The position numbers and the translations under genes were made by a program. This document shows positions 19,450 to 27,671 of a stretch of DNA of 64,000 bases, piece after piece (the stretch's first letter is position 1; each line of letters opens with the position of its first letter). Source of the DNA: Dehalococcoidia bacterium (lineage in GTDB: Bacteria > Chloroflexota > Dehalococcoidia > SM23-28-2 > RBG-16-64-32); NCBI GenBank assembly GCA_963665775.2, contig CAXXTF010000002.1, forward strand, positions 1,280,001 to 1,344,000, read 5' to 3'. The notes below the pieces were generated by a model. It was not told the origin of the DNA. It saw only the letters and a list, made by a program, of their open reading frames with translations, and did no database searches.

Positions 19450-19887
19450 TTACTCTCCCACCAGCTGAACTACGACCTCCCGATTACGTCCGTGATCCAG
19501 CTCCACCAGGAAGATGCGCTGCCACTGACCGAAGACGAGCTGACCGCCGGTGATCGGCACCGACTCGCTGGCCCCGAGGAGCAGTTGCTGACAGTGGGAG
19601 TGACCGTTGGGACGCTCGCCGTTAGTGGAGAAGGCGTGCGCGTAACGGTTGTGGTCGTAATCATTTTGGGCAGGTACCATCTCCTGCAGCATCTTCTCCA
19701 TATCGTCGATGAGGTGCGGCTCGTTCTCGTTGATACGGATAGCCGCCGTGGTGTGCTTACAGAAGACGACGGCGAAACCATTCTGAAGACCAGACGCCTC
19801 CGTTACCTTCTGCACCCGATCGGTAATATCGATAAACTGAGGGCCCTTCTCCGTCTGGATAGCGAACGTCTGTGACAGAAACTTCAT
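19450..19887 (-). CDS. yjbQ: YjbQ (UPF0047) family protein
   Basis: FIDIT, HTTAAIRINENEP, NGHSH, FGQWQRIFLVELD. Confidence 0.92.
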   Translation of the reverse strand: MKFLSQTFAIQTEKGPQFIDITDRVQKVTEASGLQNGFAVVFCKHTTAAIRINENEPHLIDDMEKMLQEMVPAQNDYDHNRYAHAFSTNGERPNGHSHCQQLLLGASESVPITGGQLVFGQWQRIFLVELDHGRNREVVVQLVGE

Positions 19888-19903
19888 ACAGTCATCCTCC
19901 TTG

Positions 19904-20053
19904 CTATGTTGACGCCCGACCGGCCTGAACAGAGCGAAGAGATAACTGCCGCGCCGCCCGGAGCCCTACATCCATTCCTGTTAACCGCGCCGCCACCTCC
20001 ACCCGAAACTGCTGACGGTGGAATTCCCGCGTCTTCGCTTTACTAATGCCCAT
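19904..20053 (-). CDS. Possible 49-aa small ORF between hpnE and yjbQ
   Basis: AGGGAG SD upstream; MGISKAKTREFHRQQFRVEVAARLTGMDVGLRAARQLSLRSVQAGRAST*; its stop abuts the yjbQ SD. No homology recognised. Confidence 0.3.
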   Translation of the reverse strand: MGISKAKTREFHRQQFRVEVAARLTGMDVGLRAARQLSLRSVQAGRAST

Positions 20054-20103
20054 CCATTACTCCCTGAATGATCGAATAATAATTGCTTCCGTGCCCCTCG
20101 TCT

Positions 20104-21492
20104 CTAGTTGACTCCAACCACCTCCCCTCCTGCAACCCGTCGGCCGGCGCTCTCCCGTATTTCCCGAGCCGCCAGCAGGCCGCTGCGAACGGCGCTCTCC
20201 ATGGTGGCCGGCCAACCGGTGTCCGTCCAATCGCCGGCCAGGAACAGATTCTCTACCGGCGTCCGCTGCGAGGGACGCAGGCCAGCTATGCCCGGCCTGG
20301 GCGCGAAGGTGGCATCCTGCTGCTTCACTGCGATCGCCCGCTTCACCGTCGCTCCGCGAGCGGCCGGGAACAGCGACCACACCTCCTTGGTGAACAGATC
20401 GATGATCTCCCTGGCAGGCAACCCAGCGAACTCGTAAGCGCCGCTGAGGGAGATATCGAGGTACTGGCCGCCGCCGTCCTGCCCGCCCCACAGCTTCGAC
20501 TTGTTGAATACCCACTGAAGCGGCGTATTCAGGAAGGCGGCGAAGTCACCGTCCCATACGGGCCGATCGTACCACAGATGGACGTTAACGATGGGCGACG
20601 TCTTGATGCGCTTGATCCTACGGAAGAACCGATCTGTCCGCACGGCCGCCGGCAACAGCGAGAGCAGGCGCTCGGCGGGCACCGCCAACACGTAGCTGGC
20701 GGCGGTGATCTCGGCCTCTTCGACGATGGCGCGGGAGACGCTGCCGTTCCGCATCTCGATCGCTTTCAGCCCCAGCCCTACCCGCACTTCGCCGCCCCGC
20801 TCCTCGATATACCGCTTGGCGGCATCCGCCAGGAGGTACGACAGTCCCACCTTCGCCCAACCCACGTTAGCCCCATCCCGCCCGCGCAGGAACCCCTCCT
20901 GCAGCACCATCAGCGCCAGGTCCGCGCTCACTTGGGAAACGTCACCGTTCAGGGTAGGCTGGATTATCAGGTTCCATAGACTCCTAATGGCGTTGGGGGT
21001 CTGACGCTGCCGGCGCAGCCATTGGTCGAAGGTCAGACCGTCCAGTTCCGGATGTTTGGCCCGGTTCAGCGAGCGCATCTGGACGAAGGCGTAGATCGCG
21101 CCCGCCCTCTCGACCGGCGACAGGGAGCGAAAGCGCAGCAGCGATGGCAGCAGGTGCAGCGGCGGCCGCAGCCCGCCATCCCTCAGGACACTCTCCCCCC
21201 ATACCTTGTCGATGATGCGTACCCGCAGGCGTTTCTGGAGATGCACCTTGTCGTAGACCCCCAGCCGTTTCAAGAACCCTATGTACTCTGTGCAGCAGCC
21301 CAGAAAGACGTGCTGACCGTTATCGATCTCTAGCCCCGACCGCTTGTCTATATGCGAGTAGGTGCGGCCGCCGAGGAAAGGACGCTTCTCCACGAGGGTG
21401 ACGCGCCGGCCGGCCTCGGCCAACTCGCAGGCGGCGGCCAGCCCTGCCAGACCGCCACCCACCACCAGCACAGACTGCTTCCCGTTCATCAT
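20104..21492 (-). CDS. hpnE: Hydroxysqualene dehydroxylase
   Basis: GGGLAGL, LGGRTYS, IDNGQHVFLGC, AGDWTDTGWPATMESAVRSG. Confidence 0.93.
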   Translation of the reverse strand: MMNGKQSVLVVGGGLAGLAAACELAEAGRRVTLVEKRPFLGGRTYSHIDKRSGLEIDNGQHVFLGCCTEYIGFLKRLGVYDKVHLQKRLRVRIIDKVWGESVLRDGGLRPPLHLLPSLLRFRSLSPVERAGAIYAFVQMRSLNRAKHPELDGLTFDQWLRRQRQTPNAIRSLWNLIIQPTLNGDVSQVSADLALMVLQEGFLRGRDGANVGWAKVGLSYLLADAAKRYIEERGGEVRVGLGLKAIEMRNGSVSRAIVEEAEITAASYVLAVPAERLLSLLPAAVRTDRFFRRIKRIKTSPIVNVHLWYDRPVWDGDFAAFLNTPLQWVFNKSKLWGGQDGGGQYLDISLSGAYEFAGLPAREIIDLFTKEVWSLFPAARGATVKRAIAVKQQDATFAPRPGIAGLRPSQRTPVENLFLAGDWTDTGWPATMESAVRSGLLAAREIRESAGRRVAGGEVVGVN

Positions 21493-22349
21493 CGCGCCAG
21501 GCTCCGCACCAGCTCGCGACTCGCCAGGGCCAGCTTCTGGCCCGTATTCAGGCTTACCCGCCGCTGGAACACTCCCTCCGGCCGACGCTCGATGTCCTTC
21601 AGGATAGAGCTATATATCCCGACCATCACCCTCACACAGGCCCGTGCCCGCTGCGGCAAGTACGGCAGCAGCAGCAGCCCCTCCGCGTAGTACTGTCGAG
21701 CCCGCTCGATCTGGAAGGCCAGCAGACGGCGAAATCCGGACGTGGCGTTCCCGCGGAACAGCTCCTCCTCATCGTAACCGAAGGCCACCAGCTCCTCCTG
21801 TGGCAGGTAGACACGGTCTCGGGCCACGTCCTCCCGCAGATCGCGCAGGATGTTGGTCAACTGCAGAGCGATGCCCAGATCGGCGGCGTGGCTCCGCGCC
21901 ACTTCGCTACCGTCGTAGCCGAATATCTCGATGGAGATGAGCCCCACCGTGGAGGCCACCAGATGGCAGTATCGCCGCAACTCGTCGAACGTCTGAAAGC
22001 GCTGCCCTGTCAGGTCGATCGCCACCCCCTCGATGAGCCCGTAGAGGTGCTCCTGAGGTATAGCGAAGGTGTCCACCGAGTGCTTCAGGGCGGTGAACAC
22101 GGGCCCCTCCGGCCTGCCCTCCAGACAGCGGTCCAACGACTCCCGGTAGGCGGCTAGCCGCAAGACGGCCTCCTCCGGGGGCAACCCCGCGTCCACGATA
22201 TCGTCGCACTGGCGGGCGTAGGCGTAGGCGGCATAGATGGCCCGGCGCTGGTCGCCGGGCAGAAGCATGAAGCCATAGTAGAAGTTCCTGGCCTCCCTCT
22301 TCGCCAGCGCCCGGCAATGACCGTAGGCGGCATCCAGGTCATCCCTCAT
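21489..22349 (-). CDS. hpnD: Presqualene diphosphate synthase
   Basis: ARNFYYGF, YARQCDDIVD, ALQLTNILRDLRED..RDRVYLP; start moved to the ATG at 22349. Confidence 0.9.
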   Translation of the reverse strand: MRDDLDAAYGHCRALAKREARNFYYGFMLLPGDQRRAIYAAYAYARQCDDIVDAGLPPEEAVLRLAAYRESLDRCLEGRPEGPVFTALKHSVDTFAIPQEHLYGLIEGVAIDLTGQRFQTFDELRRYCHLVASTVGLISIEIFGYDGSEVARSHAADLGIALQLTNILRDLREDVARDRVYLPQEELVAFGYDEEELFRGNATSGFRRLLAFQIERARQYYAEGLLLLPYLPQRARACVRVMVGIYSSILKDIERRPEGVFQRRVSLNTGQKLALASRELVRSLAR

Positions 22350-23232
22350 AACGACCTCGCGATACGGCCGGCTCCGGCAACAGCGCCCGCGCCACCAACC
22401 AGCCCTTCCGCAGCCTAGAGATGCTCGGCCGCCGGTGCAGCACGTCGTAACCGATACGCTCGATGGCATCCAGGACGGCCAGCCCACCCAGGGAGAAGAG
22501 CCGCAGGTCCGCCCGTAGGCGACCCCGGACCAGCATGGGCAGCCTCCGCCCCTGACGGAACAACTCTCGCGTCCTCTCGACCTGAAAAGCCATCAGACTC
22601 CGGAACAGCTTGTTGTAGCGGCGTTCCTGCAGATCGTCTTCACTGTAGCCAAAGCGCTCCATGTCCTCTAAGGGGATGTATATGCGCCCCATATTCAGGT
22701 CCACCGCCACATCCTGCCAGAAGTTGGTCAGTTGCAGGGCCGTCGTGATGGCGTCAGCCATCGCTTTCCGTTCAGCGTCGGCGCAACCGAACAGGTGCAG
22801 GACCAAATGGCCAACGGGATTCGCCGAGTAAGTGCAGTAATCCTCCAGCTCCGCGAAAGTGCCATACCGGTTGATGCGCTGCTCGCGTCGGTTCGCCTCG
22901 ATGAGCCGCAGGAACGGTTCTCGCGGCAGGCAGAACCGGTCGATCGTCTCCCGCAGGGCCACGAAGCGGATGTCCCGCGGCCTGCCCTCATAGCAGCGCT
23001 CCAGCTCCGCCTCCCACTCGTCCAGCAGCGCCAGGCGGTCGCCCTCTGCCTCGTCCCCCAGGTCGTCGACACCTCGACTGTAAGCGTAGATCGCGCACAT
23101 GTGCCGACGCAGGGCAGGCGGCAACATCCACGAGGCAACCGTAAAGTTCTCGTAGTGGCCACGAGCCACTTTCTGGCAGTAGTCGAAGGCCTCATCAAGC
23201 GTGGGTGACCTACCCTGCCCTTCAACTAGCAT
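22339..23232 (-). CDS. hpnC: Hydroxysqualene synthase
   Basis: HYENFTVAS, DDLGDE, YSANPVG, LQLTNFWQDV; GGGAGG SD before the ATG at 23232. Confidence 0.92.
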   Translation of the reverse strand: MLVEGQGRSPTLDEAFDYCQKVARGHYENFTVASWMLPPALRRHMCAIYAYSRGVDDLGDEAEGDRLALLDEWEAELERCYEGRPRDIRFVALRETIDRFCLPREPFLRLIEANRREQRINRYGTFAELEDYCTYSANPVGHLVLHLFGCADAERKAMADAITTALQLTNFWQDVAVDLNMGRIYIPLEDMERFGYSEDDLQERRYNKLFRSLMAFQVERTRELFRQGRRLPMLVRGRLRADLRLFSLGGLAVLDAIERIGYDVLHRRPSISRLRKGWLVARALLPEPAVSRGRYEG

Positions 23233-23468
23233 CAGCCTCCCTCTAACGCCGGATGCATGCAGCACCCCATCCGGGCTCGCTCCCGGCCTGGAGCAAGCGC
23301 AATGAGGCGGCTCGGGGGATGTGGCTCGGATAGCTAGCGAGAGATGATTAACAAAAATAGATCAGAACACTGATGTTCTCGCCGCATCCTAACCCACCTC
23401 CTCCGCGACCCCAGCGTCATCGTTACGTTAATCTATCGTATAGACACCTCCAGAGCCTATTGGCTCAC

Positions 23469-23506
23469 ATTTTAGGCCGCAGCGCAACGATGTCAATAGT
23501 ATGACA
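23469..23506 (-). promoter_or_regulatory. Hopanoid operon promoter with overlapping palindromic operator
   Basis: Minus-strand TTGACA(23496-23491)-N16-TAAAAT(23474-23469); palindrome TGTCA-N6-TGACA at 23491-23506. Confidence 0.6.
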
Positions 23507-23652
23507 ACGCCAAAACGCTTGACCGCCCAACCAGGACACGAAGCTCCACATCCACTCCGTAAGGAGGCTGAGGGACCGAGCTCCCATCAGGGAGCTGCGG
23601 CCGTTCATGTAGAGCCAGCGTCGGTGCCAGCGAGGCATCATACGCCTGGCGA

Positions 23653-23681
23653 TTGTGGATACGCACCGTTAACGCTATACT
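23653..23681 (+). promoter_or_regulatory. Sigma70/A-type promoter of npdG-cofE
   Basis: TTGTGG-N17-TATACT. Confidence 0.55.
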
Positions 23682-23802
23682 AGCGAAACCGCGGAAGGAG
23701 ACCCTCCTCACGATGAGTGATGACCGCTCACGCGGTATGGCTGCGGCACTCGTTTCATGAGCTGTACTCGTTCAGGTTCAGAGTGCCTAGTTAGGGAGTG
23801 AG

Positions 23803-24453
23803 ATGGCGAAGATAGCGTTCATTGGAGGGACGGGACCCGAGGGGCTGGGGCTGGCAATGCGGTTCGCCAAGAGTGGCAACGAGATAATCATCGGCTCGCG
23901 GATGCCGGAACGGGCGGAGGAGGCGGCGGCCAAGGTCAAGGAGAAGGTGCCGCAGGCGCGGGTGCAGGGGCTCGCGAACGCCGAGGCGGTGGAGAAAGCC
24001 ACGATAGTCTTCGTGACGGTGCCCTACGACGCTCACAAGGACACCCTGGAGGCGCTGGCGGAGGCGATAGGGGACAAGTTGCTGGTAGACGTGGCGGCGC
24101 CCATGGTGTTCGACCGGGACGGCCCCCGGGCGATCGCGGTAGAGGAAGGCTCAGCGGCGCAGCAGGCGCGCGCGGTGGCTCAGAGCGCCAAGGTGGTCAG
24201 CGCCTTCCATCACCTGGACGGAACCGATCTGCAAAACGTAGCGAGGCCGATGCAGGGCGACGTCATCGTCTGCGGAGACCATAAGGGGGCCAAGAAGCGG
24301 ATCCTTGAGCTGGTCGAGGAGATCGAGTACGTGCGGCCCCTGGATGGCGGCGGACTAGCCAACGCGCGCTACCTGGAGCAGTGGACGGTGATGCTCCTGC
24401 AACTGAATCGCATCTACAAGCGACACAGCGGCGTTCGCATCGTGGGTGTCTAG
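23803..24453 (+). CDS. npdG: NADPH-dependent F420 reductase
   Basis: IGGTGPEGLGLA, IIIGSR, EEGSAA, VSAFH, DGGGLANA; adjacent to cofE. Confidence 0.9.
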   Translation: MAKIAFIGGTGPEGLGLAMRFAKSGNEIIIGSRMPERAEEAAAKVKEKVPQARVQGLANAEAVEKATIVFVTVPYDAHKDTLEALAEAIGDKLLVDVAAPMVFDRDGPRAIAVEEGSAAQQARAVAQSAKVVSAFHHLDGTDLQNVARPMQGDVIVCGDHKGAKKRILELVEEIEYVRPLDGGGLANARYLEQWTVMLLQLNRIYKRHSGVRIVGV

Positions 24454-24456
24454 GCG

Positions 24457-25212
24457 ATGGCAGCCCCCGAGGTGCGGGTCATAGGAGTTGCCGGATTGCC
24501 GGAGGTGGGGCAGGGAGACGACCTCCCCAGCCTGATCGTGAAGGCGGCCGCCGGGCAAGGGGCGGCACTGGAACCAGGCGACGTAGTGGTCGTCACGCAG
24601 AAGATCGTCTCCAAGGCCGAGGGACGCGTCGTGAGCCTGGCGGCGGTCAAGCCTTCGCCGGCAGCGAAGCGGCTGGCCCGCGCCACGGAGAAGGACCCAC
24701 AGCTGGTCGAGCTGATCCTGCAGGAGAGCGTGCGCATCGTGCGGCAGCGGGAAGGGGTGCTCATCACGGAGACCCGACACGGGTTCGTGTGCGCCAACGC
24801 CGGAATCGACGCCTCGAACGTGGGTGAAGGGGTAGTCTCCCTGCTGCCGGCGGACCCCGACCGCTCGGCGGCGGCGATCCGAGCCGCGATCGCGGAGCGC
24901 ACCGGCCTCGCGGTGGCGGTGATCATCAGCGACACCTTCGGACGGCCCTGGCGAGAGGGTCATATGAATGTGGCGATAGGCCTGGCCGGGATGGCTCCCT
25001 TCGCGGACTACGTGGGACAGCGAGACTCCCACGGCTACGAGCTTCGGGTGAGCAGCCTGGCCGTGGCGGACGAGCTGGCGGCGGCGGCGGAGCTGGTGAT
25101 GGGGAAGCTGTCCGCGGTACCTGTGGCCATCGTGCGGGGGTACGATTACCCGCAGGGTTGCGGCACGGCCCGCGATATGGTGCGGCCGGCAGAGCGGGAC
25201 CTGTTCCGCTAA
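24457..25212 (+). CDS. cofE: Coenzyme F420-0:L-glutamate ligase
   Basis: VVTQKIVSKAEGR, ANAGIDASN, SDTFGRPWREG, ADELAAAAELVMGK. Confidence 0.95.
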   Translation: MAAPEVRVIGVAGLPEVGQGDDLPSLIVKAAAGQGAALEPGDVVVVTQKIVSKAEGRVVSLAAVKPSPAAKRLARATEKDPQLVELILQESVRIVRQREGVLITETRHGFVCANAGIDASNVGEGVVSLLPADPDRSAAAIRAAIAERTGLAVAVIISDTFGRPWREGHMNVAIGLAGMAPFADYVGQRDSHGYELRVSSLAVADELAAAAELVMGKLSAVPVAIVRGYDYPQGCGTARDMVRPAERDLFR

Positions 25213-25272
25213 AAGGCCTACGAATCGCCTGTTCCGTTACAGGATGGAGAGCAGGGAACAGGGAGCGGCAGC

Positions 25273-26022
25273 CTAGCGGCTGAAGTACCAGTCCCAGATC
25301 TCTTCCCCCCAGAAGAGGGCGATCACGGCACCTAAAGCTAGGAAGGGCCCGTGGGGAATAAAGTCCCGGCGGCTCATGCGCTTGGAGAGCAGTAGAACCG
25401 CCGCCGCAACCCCGCCTGCCGCAGTACCGATGAACACGCCGACGACCACCGACGGTAAGCCCACGACCATGCCGATAAGGACGATCATCTTGACATCGCC
25501 CATGCCGAAGGCGTTCGCCCCGAACGGGAGGGAAAGAGCGAGGACAGCGGCGGCGATGCCGATTGCCACCAGGCCGCCGGCGAGCACCTGGAATGCGGAG
25601 GCCTCAGGCCAGGCCCAGGAAAATGCGGCGGCAAGCAAGATGGCAGGGTATACCACCCGGTTAGGGATAAGCCGCCTGTCCAAGTCCGTAAGCGTGAGGA
25701 GCAGGAAGATGGTGGCGAAGAATCCGGCCAGCAGGGCCGGGCCGAAGTCATCAAACAGCAGGGCAGCGACGAGAAACAGGGCCGCGCTCCCAAACGGCAG
25801 GACGAGCGCTCGCCAGGGAAGGCCGGTGCCGCAGGCGGGGCAACGACCCCAGCTGATGAGGAAGCCGAGGCCGGGGAGCAGGAAAGCTAGCGGTAGGGGC
25901 TGACGGCAGGAGGCGCAGCGGTGAACGGGCGCGGCCCAGGACTCACCCCTGTACAGTCGGTCGAAGACGAGATGAAGGGCCTGCCCCAAGGCGAGCCCGA
26001 TCGGAGCGGCGATCGCTTCCAT
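25273..26022 (-). CDS. A24 prepilin peptidase
   Basis: Two CxxC pairs, TDLDRRLIPN, GMGDVK, IPHGPFLALG. Confidence 0.92.
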   Translation of the reverse strand: MEAIAAPIGLALGQALHLVFDRLYRGESWAAPVHRCASCRQPLPLAFLLPGLGFLISWGRCPACGTGLPWRALVLPFGSAALFLVAALLFDDFGPALLAGFFATIFLLLTLTDLDRRLIPNRVVYPAILLAAAFSWAWPEASAFQVLAGGLVAIGIAAAVLALSLPFGANAFGMGDVKMIVLIGMVVGLPSVVVGVFIGTAAGGVAAAVLLLSKRMSRRDFIPHGPFLALGAVIALFWGEEIWDWYFSR

Positions 26023-26089
26023 TGGCTGAGCTTCCCGCTTACGAGACTAACCCACGCCTCAGCCGTGGACACCGACATCCCCCCGCTAT

Positions 26090-26111
26090 TAACCAACCTG
26101 TAACCAACCTG
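26090..26111. repeat. 11-bp tandem direct repeat TAACCAACCTG x2
   Basis: Exact adjacent copies in the divergent peptidase/pilin intergenic region. Confidence 0.7.
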
Positions 26112-26255
26112 GCCTCCCTGTTCACTGCATGTTTACCCCAGCCCGTGCGAGCCTAAGTTTGGCAAGACTGATGATCGCACTCTACTAGGTGGAACGCAGA
26201 TGAGCAGGAAGGATTAGCCTCGGGGTGAAAATTCGTTCACAGACCGGTCGCGACC

Positions 26256-26282
26256 GTAACAGGGGCGCAGAAACATCCATCT
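26256..26282 (+). promoter_or_regulatory. Putative ECF promoter of flp pilins
   Basis: GTAAC-N17-CATCT; same motif recurs at 28854 and 37950. Confidence 0.6.
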
Positions 26283-26431
26283 AACTTATCGGAAATCAAC
26301 ATAACGCACCTGCGCCTTGGCAGACAGCCGGAAGGAGGTGGAGAACCGCACCACACAAACGATATCGAGGGACGAGAACCGTTCGTCCAAGAAGCAAGCT
26401 AACGAACAAGGTAGAGAGAAAGGAGGAGACT

Positions 26432-26614
26432 ATGTTCTCCAAGATTAACGAAGTGCTGCTGAGCCTGGTGGCCCGCTTTGAGCAGGAAGAGGGACAGGGG
26501 CTGGCCGAGTACGGCCTTATCCTGGCGCTCGTCTCCATCGCCGCCATCACCGCTCTAGGTGTCTTGGCAGTCGCGATCACCGGCGTCTTTGGCGACGTCA
26601 CCGCCGCGCTGTAA
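26432..26614 (+). CDS. flp: Flp type IVb pilin 1
   Basis: EEGQGLAEYGLILALVS; strong AGGAGG SD. Confidence 0.93.
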   Translation: MFSKINEVLLSLVARFEQEEGQGLAEYGLILALVSIAAITALGVLAVAITGVFGDVTAAL

Positions 26615-26645
26615 GGTGATCTAGGAGGTTGAGGTAGAGACCCCC

Positions 26646-26831
26646 ATGCTTTCCAAGATTAGTGAGGCGCTGCTGCAGTTGCAGGCCCGCTTTGAGCGGG
26701 AAGAGGGACAGGGGCTAGCCGAGTACGGCCTTATCCTGGCGCTTGTCTCGATCGCGGCCATCACTGCTCTAGGTCTTATAGCAGTCGCGATCACCGGCAT
26801 GCTCGGGGATGTCACCGCCGCGTTCGGCTAG
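26646..26831 (+). CDS. flp: Flp type IVb pilin 2 (near-identical tandem paralogue)
   Basis: EEGQGLAEYGLILALVS. Confidence 0.93.
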   Translation: MLSKISEALLQLQARFEREEGQGLAEYGLILALVSIAAITALGLIAVAITGMLGDVTAAFG

Positions 26832-26847
26832 ACCTAACCGAAGCCGA

Positions 26848-27004
26848 CTGCAGCCCCTGTCCCGCCTCGAGTTCGAGGAGGGACAGGGGCTGGCTGAGTA
26901 CGGCCTGCTTGCTAGCTCTCATCGCCGTGGTGTCCGTCGCCGCCCTGATCGCCCGGGGCCCCACCATCGCCGGGAAACTGGGCAAGATCGCAGCGGCATT
27001 CTAG
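26848..27004 (+). pseudogene. Third Flp pilin, frameshifted
   Basis: EFEEGQGLAEYGLL, then one extra base near 26911, then LALIAVVSVAALIARGPTIAGKLGKIAAAF*; no clear ATG. Confidence 0.8.
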
Positions 27005-27211
27005 TAGAGCTACCCAGGCAGCGTTAGGGACCGACACCTGGAGGGACAACGACCAAATGCCGATGATGCAGGGGAACGGGGTCACGAGCTCACGGGCCGG
27101 AACCCGGAATTCATGTCCTCTTTCCCTTCGCTCCCTCGCCCGCTACCCATCGGCCTTCCGGCGAGAGCTTGGCGAGAGGGCTCCGGGAAACTGGACAAAG
27201 GAAGAGAATAT

Positions 27212-27655
27212 ATGAATCCCAACTTTAGCGATAACGATGCTGCCTCTGCTGCTGGCAACGGTGGCCGGCCGCTGAAGCGCGCCACGAAGAGAAGAGGAGA
27301 CAGAGAGAGAGGACAGAGCCTGGCGGAGTTCGCCATCGTGGACTTTGGCATGGGCTTCCACTCCTACATCACGGTGACGAATTCGGTCCGGGAAGGCGCC
27401 CGCGTCGGGGCCATCGGCGCGGATGCCGCCACGATTGAGACGCGAGTCCGGGACACCGCAGGCACCCTGGACCAGGCAAACTTGACGGTCACCGTCACCA
27501 ACGCCCAGGGTGCCCCGGGAGAGTCCGTGCTGGTGGACACGTCATATCAGTACGAGTTCATTAGTCCGCTCGCCGGCATCGTCCAGTTCGTTTCCGGTGG
27601 CACGATAGGGCCCACGCTAACGCTCTCTTCTACCGCCGATATGCGACTAGAGTAG
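27212..27655 (+). CDS. TadE-like pseudopilin lacking most of its hydrophobic helix (possible pseudogene)
   Basis: ERGQSLAEFAIVDFG...VTNSVREGARVG; the segment between EFA and IVDFG is missing. Confidence 0.75.
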   Translation: MNPNFSDNDAASAAGNGGRPLKRATKRRGDRERGQSLAEFAIVDFGMGFHSYITVTNSVREGARVGAIGADAATIETRVRDTAGTLDQANLTVTVTNAQGAPGESVLVDTSYQYEFISPLAGIVQFVSGGTIGPTLTLSSTADMRLE

Positions 27656-27671
27656 TGAGGAGATAGCACTG

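Noticed and set aside
23501-23683. 60-aa ORF in the hpnC/npdG intergenic region
   Set aside because: No SD or recognisable homology, and it overlaps the predicted promoter and operator elements.
26120-26430. c-di-GMP riboswitch upstream of the flp pilins
   Set aside because: I could not find the GEMM-I or c-di-GMP-II core motifs; only a simple hairpin (GGACGA/TCGTCC) is present.
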